Source: an uncultured Clostridia bacterium
GTDB taxonomy: Bacteria > Bacillota > Clostridia > Christensenellales > UBA1242
DNA length: 47,999 nucleotides
Reading direction: 5' to 3'
Assembly (NCBI GenBank): GCA_944383975.1
Contig: CALWRN010000063.1
Location: forward strand, 1 to 47,999
The notes below the pieces were generated by a model, which was not told the origin of the DNA, did no database searches, and saw only the letters and a list, made by a program, of their open reading frames with translations. The translations under genes and the position numbers were made by a program. Below are positions 16,247 through 25,757 of the stretch, one piece after another (positions within the stretch are counted from its first letter, which is position 1; each line of letters starts with the position of its first letter).

Positions 16247-16275
16247 AGTATAACATACCAAGGGTATAAAGTCAA
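16247..16275 (-). promoter_or_regulatory. Sigma-A promoter of the tRNA operon
   Basis: TTGACT-17 nt-TATACT with extended -10 TG. A second candidate TTGAAT-18-TATAAT lies at 16415-16444. Confidence 0.75.
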
Positions 16276-16452
16276 GAATTTTAACAAAATTCATAAAAGA
16301 ATTTTATTTTTTATACTTCCTTGTCATAAATGTAATTTCAGTGATATTTTTATAGTTATAGATATTGCTCACTCTTTTATTGATTTTTTATTGAATAATC
16401 AATTTCACAACTATATTATAGCAAAAATTTTTTTCTAAATTCAAAATTTTTG

Positions 16453-17400
16453 TTATTTTTTACTCGTTTTTTTTATTTTTTTAGTTATATATTCTAAAAC
16501 ATTTTTCTTTGAATTTTCTTGAATTGGTAATATTTCTATATTTTCAAAGTTTTCACCTTTAAAAACTATAGCTGTGCATTTATAATTATTTGTAACTGCG
16601 CTTATTGCCCTACTTGCAAATTGCTTTGCAAACTCAATTTCTTTATTTGTTGGTTTACTTCCCCTTTGCAAATATCCAATAATACATCCTTTTATTTCTA
16701 TTTTGGGGCATTTTTCTGCCAAATTTTTAATAAAAGTGCTTAATTTTATAATATTTTCTTTAATTATGATTGAAGAAGCCCTTCCTCTTCCATTTTGTCT
16801 TTTTACAATTTCGGCAATTTTATTGTAATCTATATCTGACTCAGCTTGAATTAAATAATCACATTTGATAATTTGATTAACGCTTTTTGCAATTTCCCCG
16901 CAATATCTTCCCATTACTTGAAATACACAGCATCTATCAAAAGCCTCCATTGTTGGCATAACTGAATTTATATAATCAACACATGCTGTTACAGCTGTAT
17001 TAAAACCTTGACTATAATCACTAATTTCAACATCGTTGTCAATAGTTGAAGGAATAAAGACTGTTTTTATTCCATTTTCAGCAAGTTCGCATGCACCTTT
17101 ATATGAGCCATTTCCTCCTAAAATAATAATGCAATCAAATCTTTTTGCATTTTCAAGGGCTTTTGCAAAGCCCTCTCTAGTTTTAAATTTAGGACATCTT
17201 GAACATTTTATAACGCTTCCTGCCTCATACATGTATTTGTGTGGTTTAAACTCTTTTAAAGGCAAAATATCATTATTTATCAACCCTTTGAAGCCTGCCC
17301 TGCTTGCATACATTTTTCTGCCAAACTTTTTATATAAACAGGCTAAAACCATATTCATTCCTGGCGCATCTCCACCACTTGTTAATACTAAAACCTTCAT
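16453..17400 (-). CDS. pfkA: 6-phosphofructokinase (divergent)
   Basis: LTSGGDAPGMN, GGNGS, PSTIDND, VMGR, GYLQRG; directly downstream of dnaE. Confidence 0.9.
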   Translation of the reverse strand: MKVLVLTSGGDAPGMNMVLACLYKKFGRKMYASRAGFKGLINNDILPLKEFKPHKYMYEAGSVIKCSRCPKFKTREGFAKALENAKRFDCIIILGGNGSYKGACELAENGIKTVFIPSTIDNDVEISDYSQGFNTAVTACVDYINSVMPTMEAFDRCCVFQVMGRYCGEIAKSVNQIIKCDYLIQAESDIDYNKIAEIVKRQNGRGRASSIIIKENIIKLSTFIKNLAEKCPKIEIKGCIIGYLQRGSKPTNKEIEFAKQFASRAISAVTNNYKCTAIVFKGENFENIEILPIQENSKKNVLEYITKKIKKTSKK

Positions 17401-17412
17401 ATATTCCTCAAC

Positions 17413-20400
17413 TTATTTAACAACAACGTTTTCTTCTCCTAGTAAACCAATTAATTCATTTAATAAATAATTGTTTATGTCTACTTTTGCATTAAATGAA
17501 AAGGCTTGCTTTGTTGAAAGGCATTTTATTATGATTGATGATTGCCCTGGATAACTTGCAGCAATCTTTTTAACGCTATTGTAGATATCAATATTTTTAG
17601 TGTCAAATCTTAAATAAACCTTTTTATCTACAACTTGCTTTTCTTCAACCTTTTCCCATGGAATAACACTCTCTGCAACTACAATTGGAGATTTCCCATC
17701 TCTTATAGATATTCTTCCCCTTATAGTAACCATTTTATCTTCAACGGCAATATCCTTATATTTTGCATACACTTTGCTGAAAAGCATAACATCAAAAGTG
17801 CCATATATATCTTCAATGGTTAAAATAGCCATTGTCCCGGCTTTCATAATTTTTTTCACACTTGTTATTATTCCACCGCATGTCACTTGCATACCATCTT
17901 TTATCTGATCAACGCCATCGCCTATATCAACTCCTTCTTGTTGATATGAGCCTCCTTCTTCATCAGCAAACCCCTCATCTTCTTCAGATGAAGAAATCAT
18001 ATCAGATGTAAAATTAAATGAATCATATTTGTCTAAATAATCGTCCAATGGGTGTCCAGAAAGATAAATTCCAACATATTCTTTTTCAAATTTTAACAAA
18101 GATTCTTTATTATATTCCTTAATATTTGGATATTCTATAGTGCTTACTGCTTGAGTTTCTTGCTCAAATGTATCAAAGAAAGATATTTGCCCTGTTTCTC
18201 TTGATTTTCTATCAGAGCTTATCATATCCATATATGCAGGAAAAACATCCATTAATTGAGATCTATATTTACCAAAACAAGAAAAAGCTCCACTTAAAAT
18301 CAAACTTTCCAAAGATTTTTTATTCAATGAGTTTGATGTAACTCTTCTTAATAAATCATCAAGGCTTTTAAATTCCCCATTTTTATTTCTTTCTGCAACT
18401 ATAACGTCTATCAATCCTGTTCCAACATTTTTTAATGCTCCAAGTCCAAAACGAATTCCACCATTCTCAACTCTAAACTCAGTAACAGATTTATTTATGT
18501 CAGGAGGCAGAATTGCAAATCCTTCTTTTCTTGCGTAATTAGTGTATTTTTTTACAGCACTTGCATCGCTTATTCTATTATTTAAAACTGCTGTTAAATA
18601 TTCAACTTCATAGTGTGCCTTTAAATAGCCTGTTTGATAAGCTACATAGGCATAAGCAGCAGCATGAGATTTATTAAAAGCATAACCTGCAAACTTAGCC
18701 ATTTGTTCAAACACTTTTTCAGCGACTTTTTCATCATGACCTAATGCAAGAGCCCCCGCTATAGGTTTCAATTTACCCTCAGGATCTGTCCAGCCATATA
18801 TAAACTTTTTCTTTTCAGGAGGAAGCTTCTCAGGTTTTTTCTTACTCATTATACGACGAACATTATCTGCTCCGCCTAAGCTAAATCCTGCCATAACCTG
18901 AAAGATTTTCATAACTTGCTCTTGATAGACAATACATCCATAGGTATTGCTTAAAATAGGAATTAAACATGGATCATCATATTCAATTTGTTCTGGATTT
19001 CTCTTTCCTTTTATAAATTTAGGTATAAAATCCATTGGCCCTGGTCGGTATAATGAAATACCGGCGATAATATCTTCAAGTGATGTTGGTTGTAAGTCTT
19101 TCATGAACTTCTTCATACCACCACTTTCAAGTTGAAACACAGCTTCTGTATTTCCAGAACTTATAAGTTCAAAAACTGCTGGATCATTATAATCCATTTT
19201 GGTAAAGTCTATATCTATGCCATAATCTTCCTTAATGTATTGAATAGCTTTATGTATATCAGTTAATGTTCTAAGCCCTAAAAAGTCCATTTTGAGAAGC
19301 CCTAGGTGCTCTAACTCAGTCATATCAAATTGAGTTATCTCATCATCTCCACTTTTAGCCATAGGAACATGGTCAAAAACTGGATCGGGTGCAATCAAAA
19401 CACCCGCAGCATGCATAGAAACATTTCTTGGAACACCTTCAAGTTTTATTGCCATATCAACAATTCTTTGAATTTGCTCGTCATCTTCATACATTTTTAC
19501 AAGCTCAGGTATAATAAACTTCTTGTCTTCTTCTTTTCCTGTTTTCCCAAAATAATATTTTAATACAGGTGGTTTCTTTAATGGTTTCCCAGGAATTTCT
19601 TTTGTAACCTTATCAACTTCAGAATAAGGAAATCTCAATACACGTGCAACATCTTTAATAGCATTCTTTGCTTGCATGTTACCAAATGTAACAATATTTG
19701 AAACATGGTCTGAACCATATCTTCTTTTTGCATATTCAATAACTTCTCCACGTCTATCCATGCAAAAGTCAACGTCAAAGTCAGGCATAGAAACACGTTC
19801 AGGGTTAATAAATCTATCAAAGAATAACTCATATTTCATAGGATCAACTTGAGTGATTCCTGTTGTATAGGCAACCAAGCTTCCTGCACCAGAACCTCTT
19901 CCAGGACCAACGGGAATATCATTTTGTCTTGCAAAGTTGATATAATCCCAAACAATTAAGAAGTATTCAACATATCCCAATTTATTAATCGTTGTAAGCT
20001 CCATTTCAAGTCTATCTTCATATTCTTTAGGAACTTCTTTATACTTTGTTCTAAGACCTTCCCAAGCCATTCTAGACAAAAATTCATAAGGAGTTTCTCC
20101 TGTGTCAGGTATGTATTTAGGAATAAAGTTGTCAGTCGCACCCAACTTATCTTCATCTGGAATATTTGGATTTCCCGATTCAGCAGCCTCTCTTAGAGAT
20201 TTTGTTCTTATACTTATATTGCACTTATTTGCAATTTCTATTGTTCTATCCAATGCTTCTTGATATCCTGGAAGTGCCTCTTCCATTTCCTCATAGGTTT
20301 TTAGATAAAATTCTTTTGTTTGAAATTTCATTCTGTCTGGATCATCAATTGTTTTTCCCATCTGAACACACATCAAAACATCTTGTAACTCATGGTCCTC

Positions 20401-21024
20401 TTTATTTAAATAGTGAACGTCATTTGTGGCAACCATTGGGATATTTAATCTTTCACTCATTTCAGTGATGCCAAGAAGCACTTCTTTTTCTTCAGGAATA
20501 TTATGATTTTGTATCTCTAAATAGAAATCATCACCAAAAACTTTTTTAAACCATAAAGCAAGTTTGTCAGCTTCGTCAAACTGTCTTTTCAAAATATATT
20601 GTGGAATATGTCCAGCAAGACAAGCTGAAAGACAAATAATTCCCTCACTATACTTTTCAAGAAGTTTATAATCTATTCTTGGTTTATAATACATACCTTC
20701 CAAAAAAGCATAAGAAGATAGCTTTAATAAGTTTTGATAACCGGTGTTATTTTTTGCAAGCAAAATTAAATGCCCTGTATCTTCACGATTGGAACGTGAT
20801 TTCATATCATGACATATATAAAATTCCTCACCTATGATAGGTTTGATACCATTCATAACACAGGCCTCAAAAAACTTTATTGCACCATACATGTTTCCAT
20901 GATCTGTGATTGCAACAGCCTTCCAACCTCTTTCTTTAACTATATCTACGAGTTTATTGATACGTGCAAGTCCGTCAAGCAAACTGAATTCTGTATGTAA
21001 ATGTAAATGCACAAAATCTTTCAT
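17413..21024 (-). CDS. dnaE: DNA polymerase III alpha subunit
   Basis: PHP HLHLHTEFSLLDG/TDHG, GPGRGSGAGS, SMPDFDVDF, KMDFLGL, FNKSH, OB fold. Confidence 0.98.
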   Translation of the reverse strand: MKDFVHLHLHTEFSLLDGLARINKLVDIVKERGWKAVAITDHGNMYGAIKFFEACVMNGIKPIIGEEFYICHDMKSRSNREDTGHLILLAKNNTGYQNLLKLSSYAFLEGMYYKPRIDYKLLEKYSEGIICLSACLAGHIPQYILKRQFDEADKLALWFKKVFGDDFYLEIQNHNIPEEKEVLLGITEMSERLNIPMVATNDVHYLNKEDHELQDVLMCVQMGKTIDDPDRMKFQTKEFYLKTYEEMEEALPGYQEALDRTIEIANKCNISIRTKSLREAAESGNPNIPDEDKLGATDNFIPKYIPDTGETPYEFLSRMAWEGLRTKYKEVPKEYEDRLEMELTTINKLGYVEYFLIVWDYINFARQNDIPVGPGRGSGAGSLVAYTTGITQVDPMKYELFFDRFINPERVSMPDFDVDFCMDRRGEVIEYAKRRYGSDHVSNIVTFGNMQAKNAIKDVARVLRFPYSEVDKVTKEIPGKPLKKPPVLKYYFGKTGKEEDKKFIIPELVKMYEDDEQIQRIVDMAIKLEGVPRNVSMHAAGVLIAPDPVFDHVPMAKSGDDEITQFDMTELEHLGLLKMDFLGLRTLTDIHKAIQYIKEDYGIDIDFTKMDYNDPAVFELISSGNTEAVFQLESGGMKKFMKDLQPTSLEDIIAGISLYRPGPMDFIPKFIKGKRNPEQIEYDDPCLIPILSNTYGCIVYQEQVMKIFQVMAGFSLGGADNVRRIMSKKKPEKLPPEKKKFIYGWTDPEGKLKPIAGALALGHDEKVAEKVFEQMAKFAGYAFNKSHAAAYAYVAYQTGYLKAHYEVEYLTAVLNNRISDASAVKKYTNYARKEGFAILPPDINKSVTEFRVENGGIRFGLGALKNVGTGLIDVIVAERNKNGEFKSLDDLLRRVTSNSLNKKSLESLILSGAFSCFGKYRSQLMDVFPAYMDMISSDRKSRETGQISFFDTFEQETQAVSTIEYPNIKEYNKESLLKFEKEYVGIYLSGHPLDDYLDKYDSFNFTSDMISSSEEDEGFADEEGGSYQQEGVDIGDGVDQIKDGMQVTCGGIITSVKKIMKAGTMAILTIEDIYGTFDVMLFSKVYAKYKDIAVEDKMVTIRGRISIRDGKSPIVVAESVIPWEKVEEKQVVDKKVYLRFDTKNIDIYNSVKKIAASYPGQSSIIIKCLSTKQAFSFNAKVDINNYLLNELIGLLGEENVVVK

Positions 21025-21035
21025 CTCTTTCCCCT

Positions 21036-22001
21036 TTATTTATCTTTAAGTATATCTGCTATTTTTAATATTCTTCTAAATCTATGATTTAAACCACTTT
21101 TTGTAAGTTTTATTGTAGATAATTTTAACAACTCATCCATACTTTCTTGTGGATTTGCAAGACGTAAGACTGCAACTTCCTGCAAATCTTCAGGTAAACT
21201 TTCAAGACCAATTTTGCTGTTAATATAATTTATTGCATGAATTTGTTTTAAACTGGCTTCAACCGTTTTGCTTATATTTGCATTAATACAGTTTACTTGG
21301 CGATTTACAGTGTTTCTAAGCCCTCTTTTCGCCATTTCATCTGAAAGTTCAAGTACACTTTGATTTGCCCCTACAAGTGCAAGCAAATCCTTGATAGCCT
21401 CACTGTCTTTTAAATATAAAACATAAATCTTTTTACGAGTTACCATTCTGCAATTAATATTAAAATAACTTATAACTTTACTAAGTCCTTCCAAAAATTC
21501 TCTTGAATGTGAAGAAAATTCCAAATGATAACCAGTTGTTGGAAGTTGTGAGCCAAGTTCACTTAATTTTATACTAGAAGTAGCACAGCCAACATAAGCA
21601 CCCTTTAAAAAAGATTTTTTTGTCTCATCATCAGCAATAAGATTTTCATCTACACCATAAACTAAACTAAATTCGCCTGATTGCTCTATTAACCCACAAT
21701 CCCTTAACACCTGCATTGAAATTCCAATAGGGAATTTAATTCTATAATAAGTTGTTTTATTTATAATGTAGTCATCAGATATTTCTAAGGTTAAATTTTC
21801 TCCATAAAGTTTTACAATTATTTTATTTAAATAATCAAAAATTTCTTTAAAATCAGTTACAATATCAACTCTTATTCCTTCACTATTCTTATTTATACTT
21901 CCACAAGCATGTAATAATCCCGACAAAAAAGATTGAGCACAATCTGCGTCCTCAATATCATTTTCTATAATTTCTAATTTACTATTCTTAGCAAAACTCA
22001 C
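21036..22001 (-). CDS. whiA: DNA-binding protein WhiA
   Basis: MSFA start (GTG), YHLEF, RNTVNRQVNC..AN, LRLANP, TKSGLNHRFRRI. Confidence 0.93.
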   Translation of the reverse strand: MSFAKNSKLEIIENDIEDADCAQSFLSGLLHACGSINKNSEGIRVDIVTDFKEIFDYLNKIIVKLYGENLTLEISDDYIINKTTYYRIKFPIGISMQVLRDCGLIEQSGEFSLVYGVDENLIADDETKKSFLKGAYVGCATSSIKLSELGSQLPTTGYHLEFSSHSREFLEGLSKVISYFNINCRMVTRKKIYVLYLKDSEAIKDLLALVGANQSVLELSDEMAKRGLRNTVNRQVNCINANISKTVEASLKQIHAINYINSKIGLESLPEDLQEVAVLRLANPQESMDELLKLSTIKLTKSGLNHRFRRILKIADILKDK

Positions 22002-22003
22002 TC

Positions 22004-22765
22004 TCAGCCTCTTTTAGATGAAAATTTAGGAAGTTTATCAATATTTACAATTTGAGATAAAGGAAGCCCTAACCTGAAAATAGTGTTCATTGCGTTATTA
22101 CATTCGCCTACTTTGTATGGTGAATGAGCATCAGAATTTACAATAAACTTTACACCCTCATTTGCCATAATTTCAAGCTCTTGATCAGTAAAATTTATTC
22201 TTTTCCCATTTAATTCTATTAAAGTTCCCTTCTCTTTTGCCATTTTAGCAACAGCAAGTGTATCTGTTGGGCAACCATAATTTAAGTGTGTAATGATGTC
22301 AATTGGATATTTATCAAGTGCTTTCAAAAAAGCTGTTGTATTTCTATTAAGTCTTTCTTGACTTGGTGCATAAGGAGAGCCGAAAAAGTTTGCCCACGCC
22401 AAATCTAGTGCATCTCTAGAAGATACCATTTTAACCATTGTATGATGTCCCATAAGCAAAATATCTAAAAATTCAAAATCTTGTTCATTGATATCAATTT
22501 GTCCATCGCAAGAAATTAAATTTGATTCTATTCCTAATAATATATCAACGCCTGTCACCTCTTTAGCATTTAATATATCTTCTTTAACATTAGGAATATC
22601 TTTTCTTCTAACTCCAAAATATTTATGATTAAAACCATGGTCAGTTATAGCAATTTGTTTTAATCCTTTATTTAAAGCAACTGAAGCATTTTCAAGAATG
22701 GTGCCTTTTCCATGCCCATTTCTTGAATATTTAGTATGTGTATGATAATCTCCCATTAAAACCAT
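22004..22765 (-). CDS. PHP-domain phosphoesterase (YcdX-like)
   Basis: DYHTHT, ITDHG, GIESN, IITH, IELN, NSDAH; start at ATG 22765 with GGAGG RBS. Confidence 0.88.
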   Translation of the reverse strand: MVLMGDYHTHTKYSRNGHGKGTILENASVALNKGLKQIAITDHGFNHKYFGVRRKDIPNVKEDILNAKEVTGVDILLGIESNLISCDGQIDINEQDFEFLDILLMGHHTMVKMVSSRDALDLAWANFFGSPYAPSQERLNRNTTAFLKALDKYPIDIITHLNYGCPTDTLAVAKMAKEKGTLIELNGKRINFTDQELEIMANEGVKFIVNSDAHSPYKVGECNNAMNTIFRLGLPLSQIVNIDKLPKFSSKRG

Positions 22766-22926
22766 TTTAATTGCCTCCACAGTTTTTATATAAAAATTTA
22801 ATATTAAAATAATAATATAGATAAAAAATCTTAACAATATTGATTATATAACATTTTGCAAAAAAGTCAAATAAAGATAGTCAAAAACATACTTTATAAA
22901 ACAAAAAAGATTTTAATAATAATCAT

Positions 22927-22955
22927 AAAAAAATGAAGAAAATTTCTTCATTTTT
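22927..22955 (-). terminator. Intrinsic terminator
   Basis: AAAAATGAAGAAA / TTTCTTCATTTTT inverted repeat after the 22969 stop. Confidence 0.6.
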
Positions 22956-22968
22956 ATTTTTTTATTTA

Positions 22969-23721
22969 TTAAAATTCTCTGTTATCTCTATCTATGTCAA
23001 ACTTATAGACTTCGTCAAGATTTATCTTTTTCTTTGTTTCTTCTTGATTTTCTTTTTGATTATTTTTATCTTTATTAATTGAAGAAGCTTCTTCTTTAGA
23101 TTTTTCTTCTTTCTTTATTTCCAAATATATTTGACGAATTTTTTCTGGAACATTGTTTCTTATTAATCTTTTCAAAATCTTTTGTGCTTTTTCTAATTCC
23201 GTCCAATCTGTTGAACGACAATTTTCAATTTCATCAAAAATTTCTTTGAATTTCTTCTCAATTTTTCTTTCAAAATCAAAGCTTTTATTGAAGTCTGAAT
23301 ATAAGAATTGTGATATTACATTCAAATTTTCAGATATTAAACTTAAAGCATTATTTTTATCTTCAAAATATTCTTCAAATTCTGGTATGTTATAGTTTAT
23401 AACTTCATCGATATTTATACCTTGTTCTTCCAGCTTTTTATTAAATTCCTTGAAAAGTTTTTTATAAGAACCATGATTAAAATAAAGGTTTAATGACTTA
23501 TACATATATCTTGTATAATCATATGGTGTCATTCTTATATATTCAACGCGTTGTTGATCTTCATAAAATTCAGCAATTGATTGCTTTATTTTTTTATATT
23601 GTTTTATAGTAGGGTTCTTATACTCTTTGATTAATTTTGCAGCCTTTTCAACTCCCCATCTTACTTCATCTAAAGCTGATTCAATTTCTTTTCTTGAATC
23701 TTTTTTTGACATACGTTTCAT
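22969..23721 (-). CDS. Hypothetical helical, K/E-rich protein
   Basis: 250-aa ORF with purine-rich RBS region; no motif recognised. Confidence 0.75.
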   Translation of the reverse strand: MKRMSKKDSRKEIESALDEVRWGVEKAAKLIKEYKNPTIKQYKKIKQSIAEFYEDQQRVEYIRMTPYDYTRYMYKSLNLYFNHGSYKKLFKEFNKKLEEQGINIDEVINYNIPEFEEYFEDKNNALSLISENLNVISQFLYSDFNKSFDFERKIEKKFKEIFDEIENCRSTDWTELEKAQKILKRLIRNNVPEKIRQIYLEIKKEEKSKEEASSINKDKNNQKENQEETKKKINLDEVYKFDIDRDNREF

Positions 23722-23778
23722 TTACTCACTTCCTTACATCTATATTTTACTATATATCTTTAAAGATTACAAGACCTT

Positions 23779-24228
23779 TTATTTTAAATCTGAACTATCT
23801 AAAATAATAGTTACAGGACCGTCATTTAAAACATTAATTTTCATATCTGCTCCAAAAATTCCTGTTTGTGTTGTTATTTCTTCATTTTTAAACAATTCTT
23901 TTGCTTTTAAATATAAATTATTTGCTCTGTCAGGTTTTTCTGCGGTTATAAAACTTGGTCTATTTCCATGTCTACAATCCGCATATAATGTAAATTGACT
24001 TACAAGTAAAATCTCTCCATTAACTTCCTTAATACTTAAATTCATTTTTCCATTGTTATCTTCAAAAATTCTAAGTTTAGAAATTTTATTGACTAACTTT
24101 TCAACATCTTCTTCTTTGTCGCCGCTTCCAACTCCCCAAAAAACAACAAATCCTTTTCCTATTTTTGAAATTAACTTTCCATCAACAGATAAATCTGCAT
24201 TAATAACTCTTTGTACTACTGCTCTCAT
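23779..24228 (-). CDS. dtd: D-aminoacyl-tRNA deacylase
   Basis: MRAVVQRV, SQFTL, GNRPSF, FGADM, NDGPVT. Confidence 0.97.
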   Translation of the reverse strand: MRAVVQRVINADLSVDGKLISKIGKGFVVFWGVGSGDKEEDVEKLVNKISKLRIFEDNNGKMNLSIKEVNGEILLVSQFTLYADCRHGNRPSFITAEKPDRANNLYLKAKELFKNEEITTQTGIFGADMKINVLNDGPVTIILDSSDLK

Positions 24229-24338
24229 TTATTTTTCCTTTTAAATTTTATATTATTTATATAATAAAAACATAAATATGTCAAATTTAATATAAAATTT
24301 TATAATTAAATAAAATTAAAATAAAAACAAAATAAAAT

Positions 24339-24368
24339 AAAAAACATTAGGTTTAACTAATGTTTTTT
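24339..24368 (-). terminator. Intrinsic terminator
   Basis: AAAAAACATTAG-GTTTAA-CTAATGTTTTTT. Confidence 0.7.
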
Positions 24369-24388
24369 ATTGCTTGTTTTTTATTTGT

Positions 24389-24982
24389 TTAATTATTTTT
24401 TATTTCTTCATCAATATATTTCTTTTTTAATTCGTTATATTCTTCTTCAGAAATTTTATTTTCATTTTTTAATGCTTCAAGTTTTTTAAGTTTTTCTTCA
24501 AGTTTATCAGTGTCTGAAATTTCACTATCAGCGGTATCATTTGAATCAGCAACAACATTTTCTTGTTTATTTGTTGATGATGCTAAATCAATGAGAACTA
24601 ATACATTAGCTGCAACAACACACAAGAAAACGATAACAGAGAATACTATTGATTCAGCAGTTCCACCACCAAAGAATGTATAAAATAAGAAAATTATTGA
24701 AATAAAGTTAAATACAATAGTTGTATAAATTGTTGCTTTTTTCTTATTAAACTTTTCTTCATTATTCCATGTATTTATACATACAGCATTTAAAACAAAT
24801 GCGACTATAAATATCAAAACTTCAAATATTGTAAGAGCTAAAACACCACCAGCTCCAGAAGAAGCAAGTTCTCCACCCAATATTGCGAAAATTTGAATTA
24901 AACCAATAACAAGCATTAAACTAAAGATTCCAAGACCAACTGTCCCTAAAATAAATCCTGACAAAAGTAATTTTCTTTTCAT
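24389..24982 (-). CDS. Four-TM membrane protein with C-terminal SHOCT domain
   Basis: Hydrophobic helices, then LEEKLKKLEALKNENKISEEEYNELKKK; start ATG 24982 with AAGGAG RBS. Confidence 0.8.
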   Translation of the reverse strand: MKRKLLLSGFILGTVGLGIFSLMLVIGLIQIFAILGGELASSGAGGVLALTIFEVLIFIVAFVLNAVCINTWNNEEKFNKKKATIYTTIVFNFISIIFLFYTFFGGGTAESIVFSVIVFLCVVAANVLVLIDLASSTNKQENVVADSNDTADSEISDTDKLEEKLKKLEALKNENKISEEEYNELKKKYIDEEIKNN

Positions 24983-25070
24983 AACAACTCCTTTTTTAGT
25001 TACTTTTTTATAACATATATTATTATAAAATGTCAAATAATAATACAAATAAACTTAATATAAATACAAT

Positions 25071-25154
25071 AATTAATAAAAATTTTTATTAAAATATATA
25101 TTTTTTAACCAATTAATAAAAATTTTTATTAAAATATATATTTTTTAACCAATT
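25071..25154. repeat. Exact 40-bp tandem duplication
   Basis: AATTAATAAAAATTTTTATTAAAATATATATTTTTTAACC twice, plus AATT. Confidence 0.95.
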
Positions 25155-25188
25155 TATTTATTTTTTATTTATTTATGTTTATGAAAAC

Positions 25189-25222
25189 AAAAAAATCGCT
25201 ACTACACCGTAACGATTTTTTT
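25189..25222 (-). terminator. Terminator of the ribosomal/alpha operon
   Basis: Minus strand ATCGTTAC-GGTGTA-GTAGCGAT followed by a T tract, just after rplQ. Confidence 0.75.
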
Positions 25223-25226
25223 ATAA

Positions 25227-25736
25227 TTAAATAAGTTCAACAACAGCCATTTCTGCAGCATCGCCTCTGCGTTGTCCCATTTTGATTACTCTTGTATATC
25301 CACCAGCTTGTCCAAGCTCTTTTATACGTGCAGCATATTTTGGAGCATAAACATTGAATATTTTTTCAAGTAATGGGTGATTGATACCATTTGTTCTTGC
25401 ATCAAAGGCTTCAACAGATTCTTTTGGCTTTCTTTGTTCTTGTCTATCCATAAGATAAGACATAATTGCTCTGCGTGCTTGTAATTTCTTTGGACCATCA
25501 TTAGAAACAGTCTTCTTTACTTTTACACCCTTTTCATCTTTAATTTCTTTAGAAACTTTTGCTATATCTTCATAAGAATTAATTGCAAGTGTTAAAAGTT
25601 TTTCTGCTTGACTTCTTACTGACTTTGCTCTAGCTACAGTTGTTTCAACTTTGCCATACCAAAGAAGATCTGAAACAAGTCCACGAAGCATTGAATTTTT
25701 CTCTTTACTTGGTCTTCCTAATTTTGCGTTAGCCAT
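25227..25736 (-). CDS. rplQ: 50S ribosomal protein bL17 with insertions
   Basis: KLGR, ETTVARAK, GGYTRVIK.GQRRGDAAEM. Confidence 0.95.
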   Translation of the reverse strand: MANAKLGRPSKEKNSMLRGLVSDLLWYGKVETTVARAKSVRSQAEKLLTLAINSYEDIAKVSKEIKDEKGVKVKKTVSNDGPKKLQARRAIMSYLMDRQEQRKPKESVEAFDARTNGINHPLLEKIFNVYAPKYAARIKELGQAGGYTRVIKMGQRRGDAAEMAVVELI

Positions 25737-25757
25737 TATATTTCTCCTTTATAAAGT

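Noticed and set aside
16304-16372. 22-aa minus-strand ORF MSNIYNYKNITEITFMTRKYKK
   Set aside because: Weak RBS, GTG start, lies between tandem tRNA promoters; likely chance.
17413-21024. Intein or intron in dnaE
   Set aside because: Length is normal and inserts are short, without splicing motifs.
25071-25154. Possible CRISPR array
   Set aside because: Two abutting copies, no spacers, no cas genes.
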